A DNA stretch of 64,000 nt, taken from positions 1,630,967 to 1,694,966 of the forward strand of contig OY969814.1 in assembly GCA_963703345.1 (NCBI GenBank). The letters are read 5' to 3'. Position numbers and translations under genes: made by a program. The DNA comes from an uncultured Chloroflexia bacterium. GTDB taxonomy: Bacteria; Chloroflexota; Dehalococcoidia; DSTF01; JALHUB01. The notes below the pieces were generated by a model. That model worked only from the letters and a program-made list of their open reading frames with translations. It did not search any database and was not told the DNA's origin. This document shows positions 37,610-47,905 of this stretch, piece after piece (position 1 is the first letter of the stretch; each line of letters starts with the position of its first letter).

Positions 37610-38287
37610 CTAGGTCTGCCAGACGACCTCGTAGAGCCTGAAGCGGCCGGGGAAGCCCCGGATGCTGTGCTTCCCCCTGTCGACGAACTTGAACCCCGGA
37701 TAGGGCCCGCCGAGCTCCTTCACGAGCTCCGACATCAGTATCTGATTGCCCTTCGCTTTCTCGGCGATGCGGGCCGCCAGGTTGACGGCGGCGCCGAAAA
37801 GGTCCTGCTCATCGCGGAGGGCATCGCCGGAGTTGAGGCCCATGCGCAGGACGAGCGGCCTGTCGGGGTTGTCGCGGTTCTGCTCGGCGATCTTGCGCTG
37901 GATGTCGATGGCGCAGAGGACGGCGCGACGGGCGCTGGTGAAGGCGACCATAAAGCCGTCGCCCTGGTACTTGATTTCGGTGCCGCCGTGGTTCTGTATC
38001 TGGGCGCGGACGATCTGGTTGTGGCGCTTGAGGGCGTCGAGGGCCTGCTGGTCGCCGACGGAGGCGGTGAGGTCGGAGAAGCCCTGGATGTCGGTGAAGA
38101 GGACGGTTACGGTTGCCTCGACGGTCGTCTGAAGGGCGAGGCCGAGGGCGTGGCCGCACTGGGCGCAGAACCGCGAGCCTTCCGGGATGGTGGCGCCGCA
38201 GTTGGCGCAGATGAAGGGCGCCGACGGCGTGGCGCTAAAGCGGTCGTCGGGCAGGAGGGAGCCGGCATGGTGGTCGATGTCTTCCAT
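37610..38287 (-). CDS. Class III adenylate/guanylate cyclase with an N-terminal double zinc ribbon
   Basis: CANCGATIPEGSRFCAQCGHAL, then a CHD core (VTVLFTDIQGFS...GDGFMVAF...LRMGLNSGD...FGAAVNLAARI). ATG at 38287; the ORF is open further upstream. Confidence 0.7.
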   Translation of the reverse strand: MEDIDHHAGSLLPDDRFSATPSAPFICANCGATIPEGSRFCAQCGHALGLALQTTVEATVTVLFTDIQGFSDLTASVGDQQALDALKRHNQIVRAQIQNHGGTEIKYQGDGFMVAFTSARRAVLCAIDIQRKIAEQNRDNPDRPLVLRMGLNSGDALRDEQDLFGAAVNLAARIAEKAKGNQILMSELVKELGGPYPGFKFVDRGKHSIRGFPGRFRLYEVVWQT

Positions 38288-38529
38288 GCCTGCGGGCGGC
38301 CGGACGGGGTCGGATGACGGCATGACATTCCTCGTCGAAGGCGCATGATCGCCTAACATTTCACCGTAGCATGCCGCAGAAGGATCGTCAAACGAGGGGA
38401 TTCGCGGCGTCGAGAGGCGGCACGGGTCGTCGAGTACGGGACATTGCTTGCACGAACCAGGGCCTTGACATTCGTCGCGCGAAGAGTATGCTTGGGATGC
38501 TGGTGGTCGATAGTGGTCTATGGAGGTGC

Positions 38530-40326
38530 ATGATGCTCTCCTCACGCCTGCTCCGTCTTTTCCCGCTTCTGTTCGTCTGTTCGCTCGTGGTGATGTCGTC
38601 GGGTTCCAGCAGAAAGGCCCTGGCCGGGGTCATCGGCCAAATGTTTGGCGGCACCTCGCCGGCATCTGCAGCAAACGCCTCGGCCGTGTCCGCGGGGTGG
38701 AACTACACCTGCGCTCTAACGACAGCGGGCGGACTCCAGTGCTGGGGGAACAACTGGTACGGCCAGCTGGGGGACGGCACTACCACCGATCGCCACACCC
38801 CCGTCGACGTCTCAGGGCTCACCAGCGGCGTGGCCACCGTGGCCGCGGGCAATTTCCACGCCTGTGCCCTCACCACCGCGGGCGGCGTCGAGTGCTGGGG
38901 GTGGAACTACTACGGTGAGTTGGGGGACGGCACCACCACCTCGAGCACCACCCCCGTCGACGTGTCCGGTCTCAGCAGCGGCGTGGCTGCCGTGGCGGCA
39001 GGCGCCGAGCACACCTGCGCCCTGACAATACAGGGCGGCGTCAAATGCTGGGGGTACAACGCCGACGGCGAGTTGGGGGACGGCACCACCACCTCGAGCA
39101 CCACCCCCGTCGATGTCTCCGGCCTCACCAGCGGCGTGGCCGCCGTGGCCGCAGGCGCCATTCGGACCTGCGCCCTGACAACGGCGGGCAGCGTAAAGTG
39201 CTGGGGATCCGGTTACGGGCTCAACCCAGTCGACGTCTGCGGCGCCATCAGTGGCATGGCCGCCGTGGCCGCAGGCGACTATCACACCTGCGCCCTCACC
39301 AGCGGTGGCGGCCTCAAGTGCTGGGAGAACAATACCTACGGCCAATTGGGGGACGGCACCACTACCTGGCGCACCTCCCCCGTCGACGTCTCCGGCCTCA
39401 CCAGCGGCGTCGCTGCCGTGGCACCAGGCTCCATTCACACCTGCGCCCTGACCACGGGGGGCGGCGTCCAGTGCTGGGGGTGGAACCACGACGGTCAGTT
39501 GGGAGATGGCACCACCACCTCACGCCACACCCCGGTCAACGTCTCCGGCCTGACCGGCGGCGTGGCCGCCGTGGCCGCGGGCACCAATCACACTTGCGCC
39601 CTGACCACGGGTGGCGCCCTCAAGTGCTGGGGGGACAACAGCTACGGCGAGTTGGGGGATGGCACCACCGCCTCGCGGCACATCCCCGTGGACGTGCTGT
39701 TCAGCGGCGAACCGACGCCCACCGCCACGCTCACCTCCACCCCCGGTGGGCCCACCCCCACGTACACTGCCACTCCCGCGGCCACTGTCACTCCCACGTA
39801 CACGCCGACAGCAACGTCCACACCCCTGGTGGGTCCTCAGATCGACAAGACTGTCAACGGCCGGCAGTGTCTCGTCGTCGCCTCGGGTGACTCGGTCATC
39901 TACCATTGGGTCGTCACCAATGCTGGTGGCGAAGCATTCACCGCCGACGTCAATGATGACACTCACGCCGCCCTTGACAACCACTGCTCATCGGTCGCGC
40001 CGGGCGACACATGCGAGCAGTCGGCGCAGGTGGCCCTTCTGACCCCGGGACTCGTCACGGACATCGCCTCAGTGGAGGCGTGCAGCACTGGATCCGGCTG
40101 CAGTTCCGCCTCGGACTCTGTCACGGTCAACGTTCTGGCCCCTACGCCGACGCGCGATCCAGTGGCCGTTGGCGGGATTGGGGAGCCGCCGGATGACATG
40201 AAGACGACGCATGGAGGCGGCGGGCCTCCGGTGGGCGCAATCGCGATGCTTGCGGGCGTCGCTGTCGTCGTCGCGATGGCCGGCGGATGGTACGCGCAGC
40301 GGCGGGTCGGGCGTCAGCGGCGGTAG
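38530..40326 (+). CDS. Secreted RCC1-repeat beta-propeller protein (7-8 repeats) plus a DUF11-like beta-sandwich domain, a Thr/Pro linker, and a C-terminal [11 protein letters not shown] - linker - TM - [15 protein letters not shown] tail
   Basis: Repeats of the form [45 protein letters not shown]. Signal peptide [21 protein letters not shown]. Confidence 0.7.
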   Translation: MMLSSRLLRLFPLLFVCSLVVMSSGSSRKALAGVIGQMFGGTSPASAANASAVSAGWNYTCALTTAGGLQCWGNNWYGQLGDGTTTDRHTPVDVSGLTSGVATVAAGNFHACALTTAGGVECWGWNYYGELGDGTTTSSTTPVDVSGLSSGVAAVAAGAEHTCALTIQGGVKCWGYNADGELGDGTTTSSTTPVDVSGLTSGVAAVAAGAIRTCALTTAGSVKCWGSGYGLNPVDVCGAISGMAAVAAGDYHTCALTSGGGLKCWENNTYGQLGDGTTTWRTSPVDVSGLTSGVAAVAPGSIHTCALTTGGGVQCWGWNHDGQLGDGTTTSRHTPVNVSGLTGGVAAVAAGTNHTCALTTGGALKCWGDNSYGELGDGTTASRHIPVDVLFSGEPTPTATLTSTPGGPTPTYTATPAATVTPTYTPTATSTPLVGPQIDKTVNGRQCLVVASGDSVIYHWVVTNAGGEAFTADVNDDTHAALDNHCSSVAPGDTCEQSAQVALLTPGLVTDIASVEACSTGSGCSSASDSVTVNVLAPTPTRDPVAVGGIGEPPDDMKTTHGGGGPPVGAIAMLAGVAVVVAMAGGWYAQRRVGRQRR

Positions 40327-42380
40327 CGGCCGCGACGACCACCACCGTTGCCGCGGAACAGCGGGCCGGGACGGCCGGCCGCCTTCGCGAATTCGTGGAG
40401 GGCATCGGGCCCGCCGATCATCTGCTTGCGCAGCTCCACGATCTCGTCGCGCAAAAGCGCCGCGCGCTCGAACTCCAACTGTTTCGCCGCCGCCTTCATC
40501 TGGCTCTCCAGGTCGGCGATGACACGCGGCAACTCCTCTTTGGGCAGCGCGCCGGTGGTGTACGGCGCCCGCTCCTCGGCGACTTTCTTCACGCGATCTG
40601 TTATGTCACGTATCGCCTTGCGGATGCCCTGCGGCGTTATGCCGCGCTCTTCGTTGTAGACGATCTGGATGCTACGGCGCCGGTACGTCTCGTCGATCGC
40701 CTGTCGCATCGACTCTGTGACCTTGTCGGCGTACATGATGACGGCGCCGTCGATGTGGCGCGAGGCGCGGCCGATGGTCTGGATGAGCGAGTCGCGGGAG
40801 CGCAGGTAGCCCTCCTTGTCGGCGTCGAGGATGGCGACGAGGCTGACCTCCGGCAGGTCGAGCCCTTCGCGGAGGAGGTTGATGCCAACGACAACGTCGT
40901 GGACGCCGGCGCGGAGGTCGCGCAGGATCTCGACGCGCTCGAGGGTGTCGATCTCCGAGTGCAGGTAGTGAGTGCGGACGCCCATCTCGATCAGGTAGTC
41001 GGCGAGGTCCTCCGCCATCTTCTTCGTCAGCGTCGTCACGAGGACGCGCTGGTCGCGCTCCACGCGGAGGCGTATCTGGTCGAGCAGGTCGTCGATCTGG
41101 CCGGCGGTCGGCTTCACTTCGACCGAGGGGTCGATGAGGCCGGTGGGCCGGACGATCTGCTCGACGGTCTGGCTGCTGTGTTGCCGCTCGAACGGCCCGG
41201 GCGTGGCGGAAACGTAGACGACCTGGCTGAGATGGTCCTGGAACTCGTGGAAGTTGAGCGGCCGGTTGTCCAGAGCGGACGGCAGGCGGAAGCCGTAGTC
41301 GACGAGAGTCTGCTTGCGGGAGAGGTCGCCGAAGTACATGCCGCGCACCTGCGGAATGCTGATGTGCGACTCGTCGATGAACATCAGGAAGTCGTCCGGG
41401 AAGTAGTCGAGCAGCGTCCAGGGCGTGCTGCCGGCGGGACGGCGGGCCAGGTGGCGGGAGTAGTTCTCGATGCCGGAGCAGTAGCCGGCCTCGCGGAGGC
41501 TCTCCAGGTCGTAGTTGGTGCGCTCCTCGAGGCGGGCCGCCTCCAACAGCTTGTCCTGCGCCCGCAGCTCGGCGACGCGCTCCGCCAGCTCGGCCTGGAT
41601 GTTGACGATGGCGGCGTTGAGCTTGTCCTGCGAGGTCACGAAGTGCTTCGCGGGGTAGATGTCGATGTGGTCGCGCTCGGCGAGGAGCTCGCCGGTGAGC
41701 GGGTCGAGCTCGATGATGCGCTCGACCTGGTCGCCGAGGAAGTCGATGCGGACGGCGGTCTCCTCGTAGGCGGGCATGACCGTCAGGGAGTCGCCGCGGA
41801 GGCGGAAGTGGCCGCGGGTGAGCGTCATGTCGTTGCGGTCGTACTGCATGTTGACCAGGCGGCGGACGGCGCGGCCGCGGTTGAAGGCTTCGCCGGCGCG
41901 GAAGGTGAGGGTGAAGCCGTGGTACTCCTCCGGCTCGCCGAGGCCGTAGATGCAGGAGACGGAGGCGACGATGAGCACGTCGCGGCGCTCGAAGAGGGCG
42001 CGGGTGGCGGCGTGGCGCAGCTTGTCGATCTCGTCGTTGATGTCGGCGTCCTTGGCGATGTAGGTGTCGGTGCGGGGGACGTAGGCCTCGGGCTGGTAGT
42101 AGTCGTAGTAGCTGACGAAGTACTCGACGGAGCTTTCCGGGAAGAAGTCCTTGAACTCGGAGCAGAGCTGGGCGGCAAGCGTGCGGTTGGGGGCGAGCAC
42201 GAGCGTCGGGCGCTGAACGCGGGCGACAACGCTGGCCATGGTGAAAGTCTTGCCGCTGCCGGTGACGCCGAGGAGCGTCTGATGCTTGATGCCGCGGGTC
42301 AGGCCGTTGACGAGGCCGTCGATGGCTTGCGGCTGGTCGCCGGTGGCGTCGAAGTCGGAGACGAGCTTGAAGTCGGGCAT
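40314..42380 (-). CDS. uvrB: Excinuclease ABC subunit B
   Basis: [12 protein letters not shown] Walker A, beta-hairpin region, helicase motifs, C-terminal UVR domain ([12 protein letters not shown]). Confidence 0.9.
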   Translation of the reverse strand: MPDFKLVSDFDATGDQPQAIDGLVNGLTRGIKHQTLLGVTGSGKTFTMASVVARVQRPTLVLAPNRTLAAQLCSEFKDFFPESSVEYFVSYYDYYQPEAYVPRTDTYIAKDADINDEIDKLRHAATRALFERRDVLIVASVSCIYGLGEPEEYHGFTLTFRAGEAFNRGRAVRRLVNMQYDRNDMTLTRGHFRLRGDSLTVMPAYEETAVRIDFLGDQVERIIELDPLTGELLAERDHIDIYPAKHFVTSQDKLNAAIVNIQAELAERVAELRAQDKLLEAARLEERTNYDLESLREAGYCSGIENYSRHLARRPAGSTPWTLLDYFPDDFLMFIDESHISIPQVRGMYFGDLSRKQTLVDYGFRLPSALDNRPLNFHEFQDHLSQVVYVSATPGPFERQHSSQTVEQIVRPTGLIDPSVEVKPTAGQIDDLLDQIRLRVERDQRVLVTTLTKKMAEDLADYLIEMGVRTHYLHSEIDTLERVEILRDLRAGVHDVVVGINLLREGLDLPEVSLVAILDADKEGYLRSRDSLIQTIGRASRHIDGAVIMYADKVTESMRQAIDETYRRRSIQIVYNEERGITPQGIRKAIRDITDRVKKVAEERAPYTTGALPKEELPRVIADLESQMKAAAKQLEFERAALLRDEIVELRKQMIGGPDALHEFAKAAGRPGPLFRGNGGGRRGRYRR

Positions 42381-42421
42381 TGCATGTCTAGTCTACTATG
42401 CCGACAACCTTGTCCAAAGTC

Positions 42422-43402
42422 TCAACGGCCGGTGTGCGTCTCTAGTGCGATCTGGCTCAGGTGCTGAAGCACATGATCTACCCACCTTTGGTACCAACAC
42501 CACTGGCCACAGACCGGCACGCCAAACCCCTTGGCCGGGTTCTTTGCATCGGTGTTCTTCCACAACTGAGTGTGCTGGTAGATACCGAAACTCGCAAATC
42601 CCTCTTCACGGGCGATTCTGATGACATCCTTCGCGCGGAACTTCGGTTTCTCGGTGTCTTTCAGCACCCAGCGCTCCTTCGGAACGTCCCCTGCTTCTTC
42701 AGAATCGGGGGAGATGAACTCGAATACGCTGTCGGCCTGACCTCGCTTGCCAACCGCTTTGTCAGTGAAGAAGAAGCGGCGAGAATAGCGTTTGCTGTTC
42801 ATTTCATCGTCACTCAGGCCATCATCAAATCGAGAGACGTATGATCGAATAGAGTTTGGAATGGTGTCGTCGCCGGATACCATACTTGCGACTTGCTGCC
42901 GGCTCAACTCAGCGAACTGAATGCTATAGGTTAGATGTCGGTCGAGCCCATAGCGGGGACCGAACAGCTTCTTTAGATAGTGATCGTAGTTGAGAGCGCA
43001 CGCCTGATATCTCCCTGAGAGGTGGGTGTCTAGCTGGGGAGGCTTGACGTGCTCGATTTCGTGTCTCAATCCTAGCAGGAATTGGAGGTTGTTCCTCGTG
43101 TCTCGGTCCAGAGGACACTGTTCAACCTTGAGACACTTGGCCAGATCCCAGTACCGATGCCGGCCGTCAACTCGCTCGAACATGCGCCTTTTCGCGCCCG
43201 GTTTGTAGTAGCGGTACTCCACTTTTGCCCCTCTGTAGTGCGCGTGCAGCAAATATGTCCAAGCCATGACCATCAATACAATAAAGGTCTCACTCTTGAA
43301 GGTGATGAGGGGGTTGTTGTAAGTCTGAATGGCGGCAAGAGCCGCTTCTCTTGAGCTTCGGATCAGCGCGACCTTGTGAGAGAACAACTTCCTTGCTGCC
43401 AT
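42422..43402 (-). CDS. DUF3644-like protein of unknown function in a low-GC (~52%) islet between uvrB and ruvA
   Basis: AALAAIQTYNNP...FKSETFIVLMVMAWTYLLHA resembles the DUF3644 N-terminal signature. Its GC is about 15 points below the neighbours. The ORF is open to 43462. Confidence 0.5.
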   Translation of the reverse strand: MAARKLFSHKVALIRSSREAALAAIQTYNNPLITFKSETFIVLMVMAWTYLLHAHYRGAKVEYRYYKPGAKRRMFERVDGRHRYWDLAKCLKVEQCPLDRDTRNNLQFLLGLRHEIEHVKPPQLDTHLSGRYQACALNYDHYLKKLFGPRYGLDRHLTYSIQFAELSRQQVASMVSGDDTIPNSIRSYVSRFDDGLSDDEMNSKRYSRRFFFTDKAVGKRGQADSVFEFISPDSEEAGDVPKERWVLKDTEKPKFRAKDVIRIAREEGFASFGIYQHTQLWKNTDAKNPAKGFGVPVCGQWCWYQRWVDHVLQHLSQIALETHTGR

Positions 43403-43513
43403 GCCTACCTCCCGACCGGATTTGCCTCCACCAGCTAGAGCACTGGCGGGGTATTCCGGCAAAGAGATAATACAGGCCTAATTCGTGAGCGGCAATTGCC
43501 CTCGCTGAGCGTG

Positions 43514-44110
43514 CTAGGACGTGAAGGAGGATAGGGCGAGACGGATCTTGTCTTCCAGCGAGAGCGAGCCGTCGGACGGTAAGCGACCCGCGGCGGCGGC
43601 GGCTTCGGCCTGGGTGTAGCCCAGCGATACTAGCGCCGCGATCACTTCGTCGTCGGCACTGAGGAGGGAGGCGGCGGGAACGCCCATGGACAGGTGCTCG
43701 GGCAACCGCCCCTTGAGGTCGATGATGATGCGGCTGGCGGTCTTGGCGCCGATGCCCGGCACACCACGGATGCGCTCGACATCGCCGTTGGCGATGGCCT
43801 CCCAGATGGAGTCGCCGGGAAGGCCGGTCAGCAGGGCAAGGCCGGCCTTGGGCCCGACGCCGGAGACGCCGATGAGCAGGTGGAAGAGTCGCATCTCGTC
43901 GGCGGTGGCGAATCCGTAGAGGGCGATGTCGCTCTCGCGCGCCTGAAGATGGGTGTAGAGCGACACTTCGCGGCCCGGGACGCCCAGGGCGTCGCGGGTG
44001 TGGCCCGGCACCTGGACGAGCACCCCAAGACCGGTGCCGTCGACTCGGATGGTTATGCCCTCGGGACCGGCGTCTTCGACGACGCCCCAGATGCGAGTGA
44101 CGGCGCTCAT
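43514..44110 (-). CDS. ruvA: Holliday junction branch migration complex subunit RuvA
   Basis: OB-fold N-terminus, two HhH motifs (LIGVSGVGPKAGLALL / GVPGIGAKTASRII), C-terminal domain III. Confidence 0.8.
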   Translation of the reverse strand: MSAVTRIWGVVEDAGPEGITIRVDGTGLGVLVQVPGHTRDALGVPGREVSLYTHLQARESDIALYGFATADEMRLFHLLIGVSGVGPKAGLALLTGLPGDSIWEAIANGDVERIRGVPGIGAKTASRIIIDLKGRLPEHLSMGVPAASLLSADDEVIAALVSLGYTQAEAAAAAGRLPSDGSLSLEDKIRLALSSFTS

Positions 44111-44139
44111 GGCGCGACGCTCCTCTCGATCAGCGCCTG

Positions 44140-44205
44140 CGAGCGCGTGTCTGAGGCGCCGCTACAAGCAGCCCGGAGCGCGTTAGCGAAAGCGTATCTT
44201 GAGCG
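44140..44205 (+). repeat. Solo copy of the 24138-family repeat (gagcgcgtgtctgaggcgccgctacaagcagcccggagcgcgttagcgaaagcg...gagcgc), in the ruvC-ruvA spacer
   Basis: About 80% identity to the tandem unit over about 60 bp; read directly. Confidence 0.7.
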
Positions 44206-44234
44206 CAAATCGCGCAGCTTGAGTTCGGCAACGC

Positions 44235-44771
44235 TCATGGCATTGCGCTCCTTTCCAGGAGGGACCGCGAGCGCGTGTGGTTGACGTGGCAGATGGCGAC
44301 CGCGAGGGCGTCGGCGGCGTCGAACGGCTGCGGCAGGTCGCGGAGGCCGAGCTGCAGACGCACCATCTCCTGCACCTGCCCCTTCGGGCCGCGTCCGTAG
44401 CCGGTCACTGAGCGCTTCACTTCGGCGGGCGAGTACTGCTCGACGGGTAGCCCGGCGAGCCCCGCGGCAAGGACGGCCAGCGCCCGCGCTTCGCCTATCG
44501 CCAGCGCGGAGTGGGCGTTTACGGCAACGAACGGCTGCTCGACGGCGACCTCCGTCGGCGCGTGACGGGCGATGACATCTTGCAGCGAGGCGAAGAGAGC
44601 GGCGAGTCGCTCCGGCAGAGGGAGCCGCGGATTGACCGCGAAACAGCCGTAGTCGACGGCCTGCAGCGACTCGCCGCAGCAGGCGACGAGTCCGAAGCCC
44701 ATCATCCTCAGTCCCGGGTCGATGCCGAGAACGAGGCTGCTTTCGGACCGGTCGGCGTCGCTGTGAGACAT
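44235..44771 (-). CDS. ruvC: Crossover junction endodeoxyribonuclease RuvC
   Basis: LGIDPG...E...AD...H catalytic tetrad layout. The true start is probably about 12 codons inside the ORF (near LVLGIDPG). Confidence 0.8.
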   Translation of the reverse strand: MSHSDADRSESSLVLGIDPGLRMMGFGLVACCGESLQAVDYGCFAVNPRLPLPERLAALFASLQDVIARHAPTEVAVEQPFVAVNAHSALAIGEARALAVLAAGLAGLPVEQYSPAEVKRSVTGYGRGPKGQVQEMVRLQLGLRDLPQPFDAADALAVAICHVNHTRSRSLLERSAMP

Positions 44772-45521
44772 CTAGCCGGTGTACGCTTCGAGGACTTCGT
44801 CGGGGAACTCGGCGTTGGAGTGCACGCGCTGGACGTCGTCGAGCTCTTCCAGCCTGTCGAGGAGCTTGAGCGCCTGCAGCGCCTCCTTGTCGCCGAGGCT
44901 GACTGTCGTCTTCGGGACCTTGCTCAGCTCCGCGGACTCGATGGCGACGCCCTGCTCTTCAAGAGCCTGCCGGACCTTCTCCAGGTCTTCGGCGCGCGTG
45001 TAGACTTCGAGGCGCGCGTCCTGGACGTTGACGTCTTCGGCGCCGGCGTCGATGGCGGTCAGGGCGAGGTCTTCGCCGCCGCCGTCTTCCGCATTGATGG
45101 CGATGATGCCTTTGCTCTCGAACAGCCAGGCAACGGAACCGGCCTCGCTGAGGTTGCCGCCGGCGCGGCCCATGGTGGCGCGGATTTCGGAGACGGAGCG
45201 GTTGCGGTTGTCGGTGACGACGTCGATCAGGACGGCGACGCCGCCCGGACCGTAGCCCTCGTACGTCGCCTCGATGAGCTCGGCCGCGTCAGGACCGCTG
45301 GCGCCACGCTTCATGGCGCGCTCGATGGTGTCGTTGGGCATGTTGCTCTCGCGCGCCTTCTGGACAGCAAGCCGGAGGCGGAAGTTCGAGTTAGTGTCGG
45401 GGCCGCCCTGTCGGGAAGCGACGGTTATCTCGCGGCCGAGCTTGGTGAAGAGCTGGCCGCGGCGGGCGTCGGCGGCGCCCTTCTGGCGTTTGACCTGGCT
45501 CCAGTGGGAATGGCCTCCCAT
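44772..45521 (-). CDS. yebC: YebC/PmpR-family transcriptional regulator
   Basis: MGGHSHWSQVKRQKGAADARRG...; 249 aa. Confidence 0.85.
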   Translation of the reverse strand: MGGHSHWSQVKRQKGAADARRGQLFTKLGREITVASRQGGPDTNSNFRLRLAVQKARESNMPNDTIERAMKRGASGPDAAELIEATYEGYGPGGVAVLIDVVTDNRNRSVSEIRATMGRAGGNLSEAGSVAWLFESKGIIAINAEDGGGEDLALTAIDAGAEDVNVQDARLEVYTRAEDLEKVRQALEEQGVAIESAELSKVPKTTVSLGDKEALQALKLLDRLEELDDVQRVHSNAEFPDEVLEAYTG

Positions 45522-45713
45522 TGGGTTCTCCTATCGTCGGGATTGGCGTCCACATTCTAGCATCGAGACGGGCGCGGGGCAAAACGGTCAGGGGCAGCAA
45601 GACCTTGGCGGGAGCGGGTCACGACGCCCGGGAAAGGAATACCCCGGCCTGCGCGTCCGCCGGAAAGGGCGGGCCAAAGGGCCGGGGCATTCTATGCGAA
45701 GTCTTCGACGGGG

Positions 45714-46628
45714 CTATTTGCCGGTGGGGCTGTCGAAGACGATGGGCTGGCGCTTTTCGCCCACTGTTACATTGTCGATGAGGCGCGTAATGCCGATGCG
45801 CACGGCCAGCGAAACAAGGGCCGGACCTTCTGTAATGTCCAGCTCCTGCAGGGTTTGGGGATCGGCTATGCTGATGTAGTCGGCATGCGCCAGCGGCTCC
45901 CGTGCGATCAGGCCTTCCAGGCGGTCGCGCAGCTTGCCTGCATCGTGCTCCCCCTGACGGTGCAGGCGCTCGACGAGGCTCATGCAGCGGAAGAGGACGA
46001 GGGCGGCGCGTCGCTCGTCCGGCGACAAGAAGACGTTGCGACTGCTCATCGCCAGGCCGCCGGTCTCGCGAATCGTCGGGCAGCCGACGATCTCCACGCC
46101 CAGGTTCAGATCCTGCGTCATCTTGCGGATGACGACGAGCTGCTGGGCGTCCTTCTGGCCGAAGTAGGCGCGGTGTGGCTGGACGGCGTTGAACAGCTTC
46201 AGGACGACGGTGGCGACGCCGCGGAAATGGCCCGGGCGGCAGCTTCCCTCGAGGACCTCGGTGACGTGGCCGACCTCGACGTAGCTGTCGAACCCCTCGG
46301 GGTACATGTCGACGGCAGACGGCATGAAGACGATGTCGACGTTCTCCTGTTGCAGGAGCGACAGGTCGCGCTGCGTGTCGCGGGGGTACTTGTCGAAGTC
46401 CTCGTTGGGGCCGAACTGGATGGGGTTGACGAAGATGCTGACGACGACGAGCTCGTTGTCGGCGCGGGCGCGTCGCACGAGGGAGAGATGGCCTTCGTGG
46501 AGGTAACCCATAGTCGGCACGAAGCCCACCTTCCGACCGTTGGTCTGGCTGCGCAGTCGACGCATCCCGTTGACGGACGAGACCACCTGCATTGTCCTGA
46601 GGCCGCGAATCGTTTCTGAGAGTGCCAT
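45714..46628 (-). CDS. panC: Pantoate--beta-alanine ligase
   Basis: GFVPTMGYLHEGHLSLV HxGH motif...GQKDAQQ. ATG at 46628 overlaps the panB stop. Confidence 0.85.
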   Translation of the reverse strand: MALSETIRGLRTMQVVSSVNGMRRLRSQTNGRKVGFVPTMGYLHEGHLSLVRRARADNELVVVSIFVNPIQFGPNEDFDKYPRDTQRDLSLLQQENVDIVFMPSAVDMYPEGFDSYVEVGHVTEVLEGSCRPGHFRGVATVVLKLFNAVQPHRAYFGQKDAQQLVVIRKMTQDLNLGVEIVGCPTIRETGGLAMSSRNVFLSPDERRAALVLFRCMSLVERLHRQGEHDAGKLRDRLEGLIAREPLAHADYISIADPQTLQELDITEGPALVSLAVRIGITRLIDNVTVGEKRQPIVFDSPTGK

Positions 46629-46629
46629 G

Positions 46630-47472
46630 TCACACCGCCATCTGTGAGAGCTCCGCCAGGGCCGCTTCGTCCATGGAGAAGCTCTCCCTAGCAGTCGGGA
46701 AGTCTCCCGACTGCACGTCCCGTTGATAGCGCTCGACGGCGCTTTGTATCTCTTCGGCAAGACGGGCGTACTGCTTGGAATGGCGGGGTGTGAAATCGGG
46801 ATCCAGGCCGAGGAGGTCGCTGAGGACCTGCACCTGGCCGTCGCAATGGGGCCCGGCGCCAATGCCGATTGTGGGTATGGAAAGCCTCTCGGTTATGAGC
46901 TTGCCGAGGGCGGCCGGTACGCACTCCAGGACGACGGCGAAAGCCCCCGCTTCCTGGAGAGCGGCCGCATCGCTGAGGAGGCGAACGGCGGCAGCGGGCG
47001 TCTTGCCCTGAACTTTATGGCCGCCGAGCTGGTGGATCGATTGCGGCGTGAGGCCGAGATGACCCATGACGGGAATGCCGAAGGAGACGAGGGCGCGAAC
47101 GATGTCGACGACGGGCGCGCCGCCTTCGAGCTTGACGGCGCCGGCGCCGGCCTCCTGCAAGAAGCGACCGGCATTCCGGATGGCGTCCTGGATGCCGGTC
47201 TGGTAGCTCATGAAGGGCATGTCGCCGATGATGAGGGCGTTCTGGGCGCCGCGCACGACGGCCCTGGTGTGATGCAGCATGTCGTCCATGGTCACCGGAA
47301 CGGTGGATTCGTAGCCGAGGACGGTCATTCCGAGGGAGTCGCCGACAAGGATGACGGGGATTTCAGCGCGGTCGAGGAGCTTGGCGGTGGGGAAGTCGTA
47401 GGCGGTGAGCATGGCGAACTTCTCGCCGCGGAGCTTCATCGCCTTCAGTTCGTGTACCAATACTCGAGCCAT
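46630..47472 (-). CDS. panB: 3-methyl-2-oxobutanoate hydroxymethyltransferase
   Basis: KFAMLTAYDFPTA...VILVGDSLGM...KLEGG motifs. ATG at 47472; the ORF is open to 47583. Confidence 0.85.
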   Translation of the reverse strand: MARVLVHELKAMKLRGEKFAMLTAYDFPTAKLLDRAEIPVILVGDSLGMTVLGYESTVPVTMDDMLHHTRAVVRGAQNALIIGDMPFMSYQTGIQDAIRNAGRFLQEAGAGAVKLEGGAPVVDIVRALVSFGIPVMGHLGLTPQSIHQLGGHKVQGKTPAAAVRLLSDAAALQEAGAFAVVLECVPAALGKLITERLSIPTIGIGAGPHCDGQVQVLSDLLGLDPDFTPRHSKQYARLAEEIQSAVERYQRDVQSGDFPTARESFSMDEAALAELSQMAV

Positions 47473-47503
47473 TGTCACACCTCGGCTTTCCGCCTGCCGG
47501 CCC

Positions 47504-47905
47504 CTAGTTGAACATGCTCCAGTGGTCGATGACGCCGATCTGTTCGACCGGCGGGTCGATGCGCTTGATGCGGTTCTGCTCATCGACGTGGACGACGATG
47601 GGCCGGATGCGCCGCGCTTCCTCTTCCGAGTAGTCGGAGTAGGTCAGCACGAGAACCAGGTCGCCGGGATGGACGAGGCGGGCAGCCGCGCCGTTGATGC
47701 AGCATCCGCCGCTGCCGCGTTCGCCGGCGAGGGCGTAGGTCAGGAGACGATTGCCGTTGTCGACGTCGAGGACGTGGACCTGCTCGTATTCCAGGATATC
47801 GGCGGCTTCCAAGAGCTCAGGGTCGAGGGTGATGCTGCCCACATAGTTGAGGTCAGCTTCTGTGACCGTGACGCGATGGATCTTGCTCTTCAGCATTTTC
47901 CTCAA
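47504..47905 (-). CDS. panD: Aspartate 1-decarboxylase
   Basis: [25 protein letters not shown]...GERGSG self-processing Gly-Ser site. Confidence 0.85.
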   Translation of the reverse strand: MRKMLKSKIHRVTVTEADLNYVGSITLDPELLEAADILEYEQVHVLDVDNGNRLLTYALAGERGSGGCCINGAAARLVHPGDLVLVLTYSDYSEEEARRIRPIVVHVDEQNRIKRIDPPVEQIGVIDHWSMFN

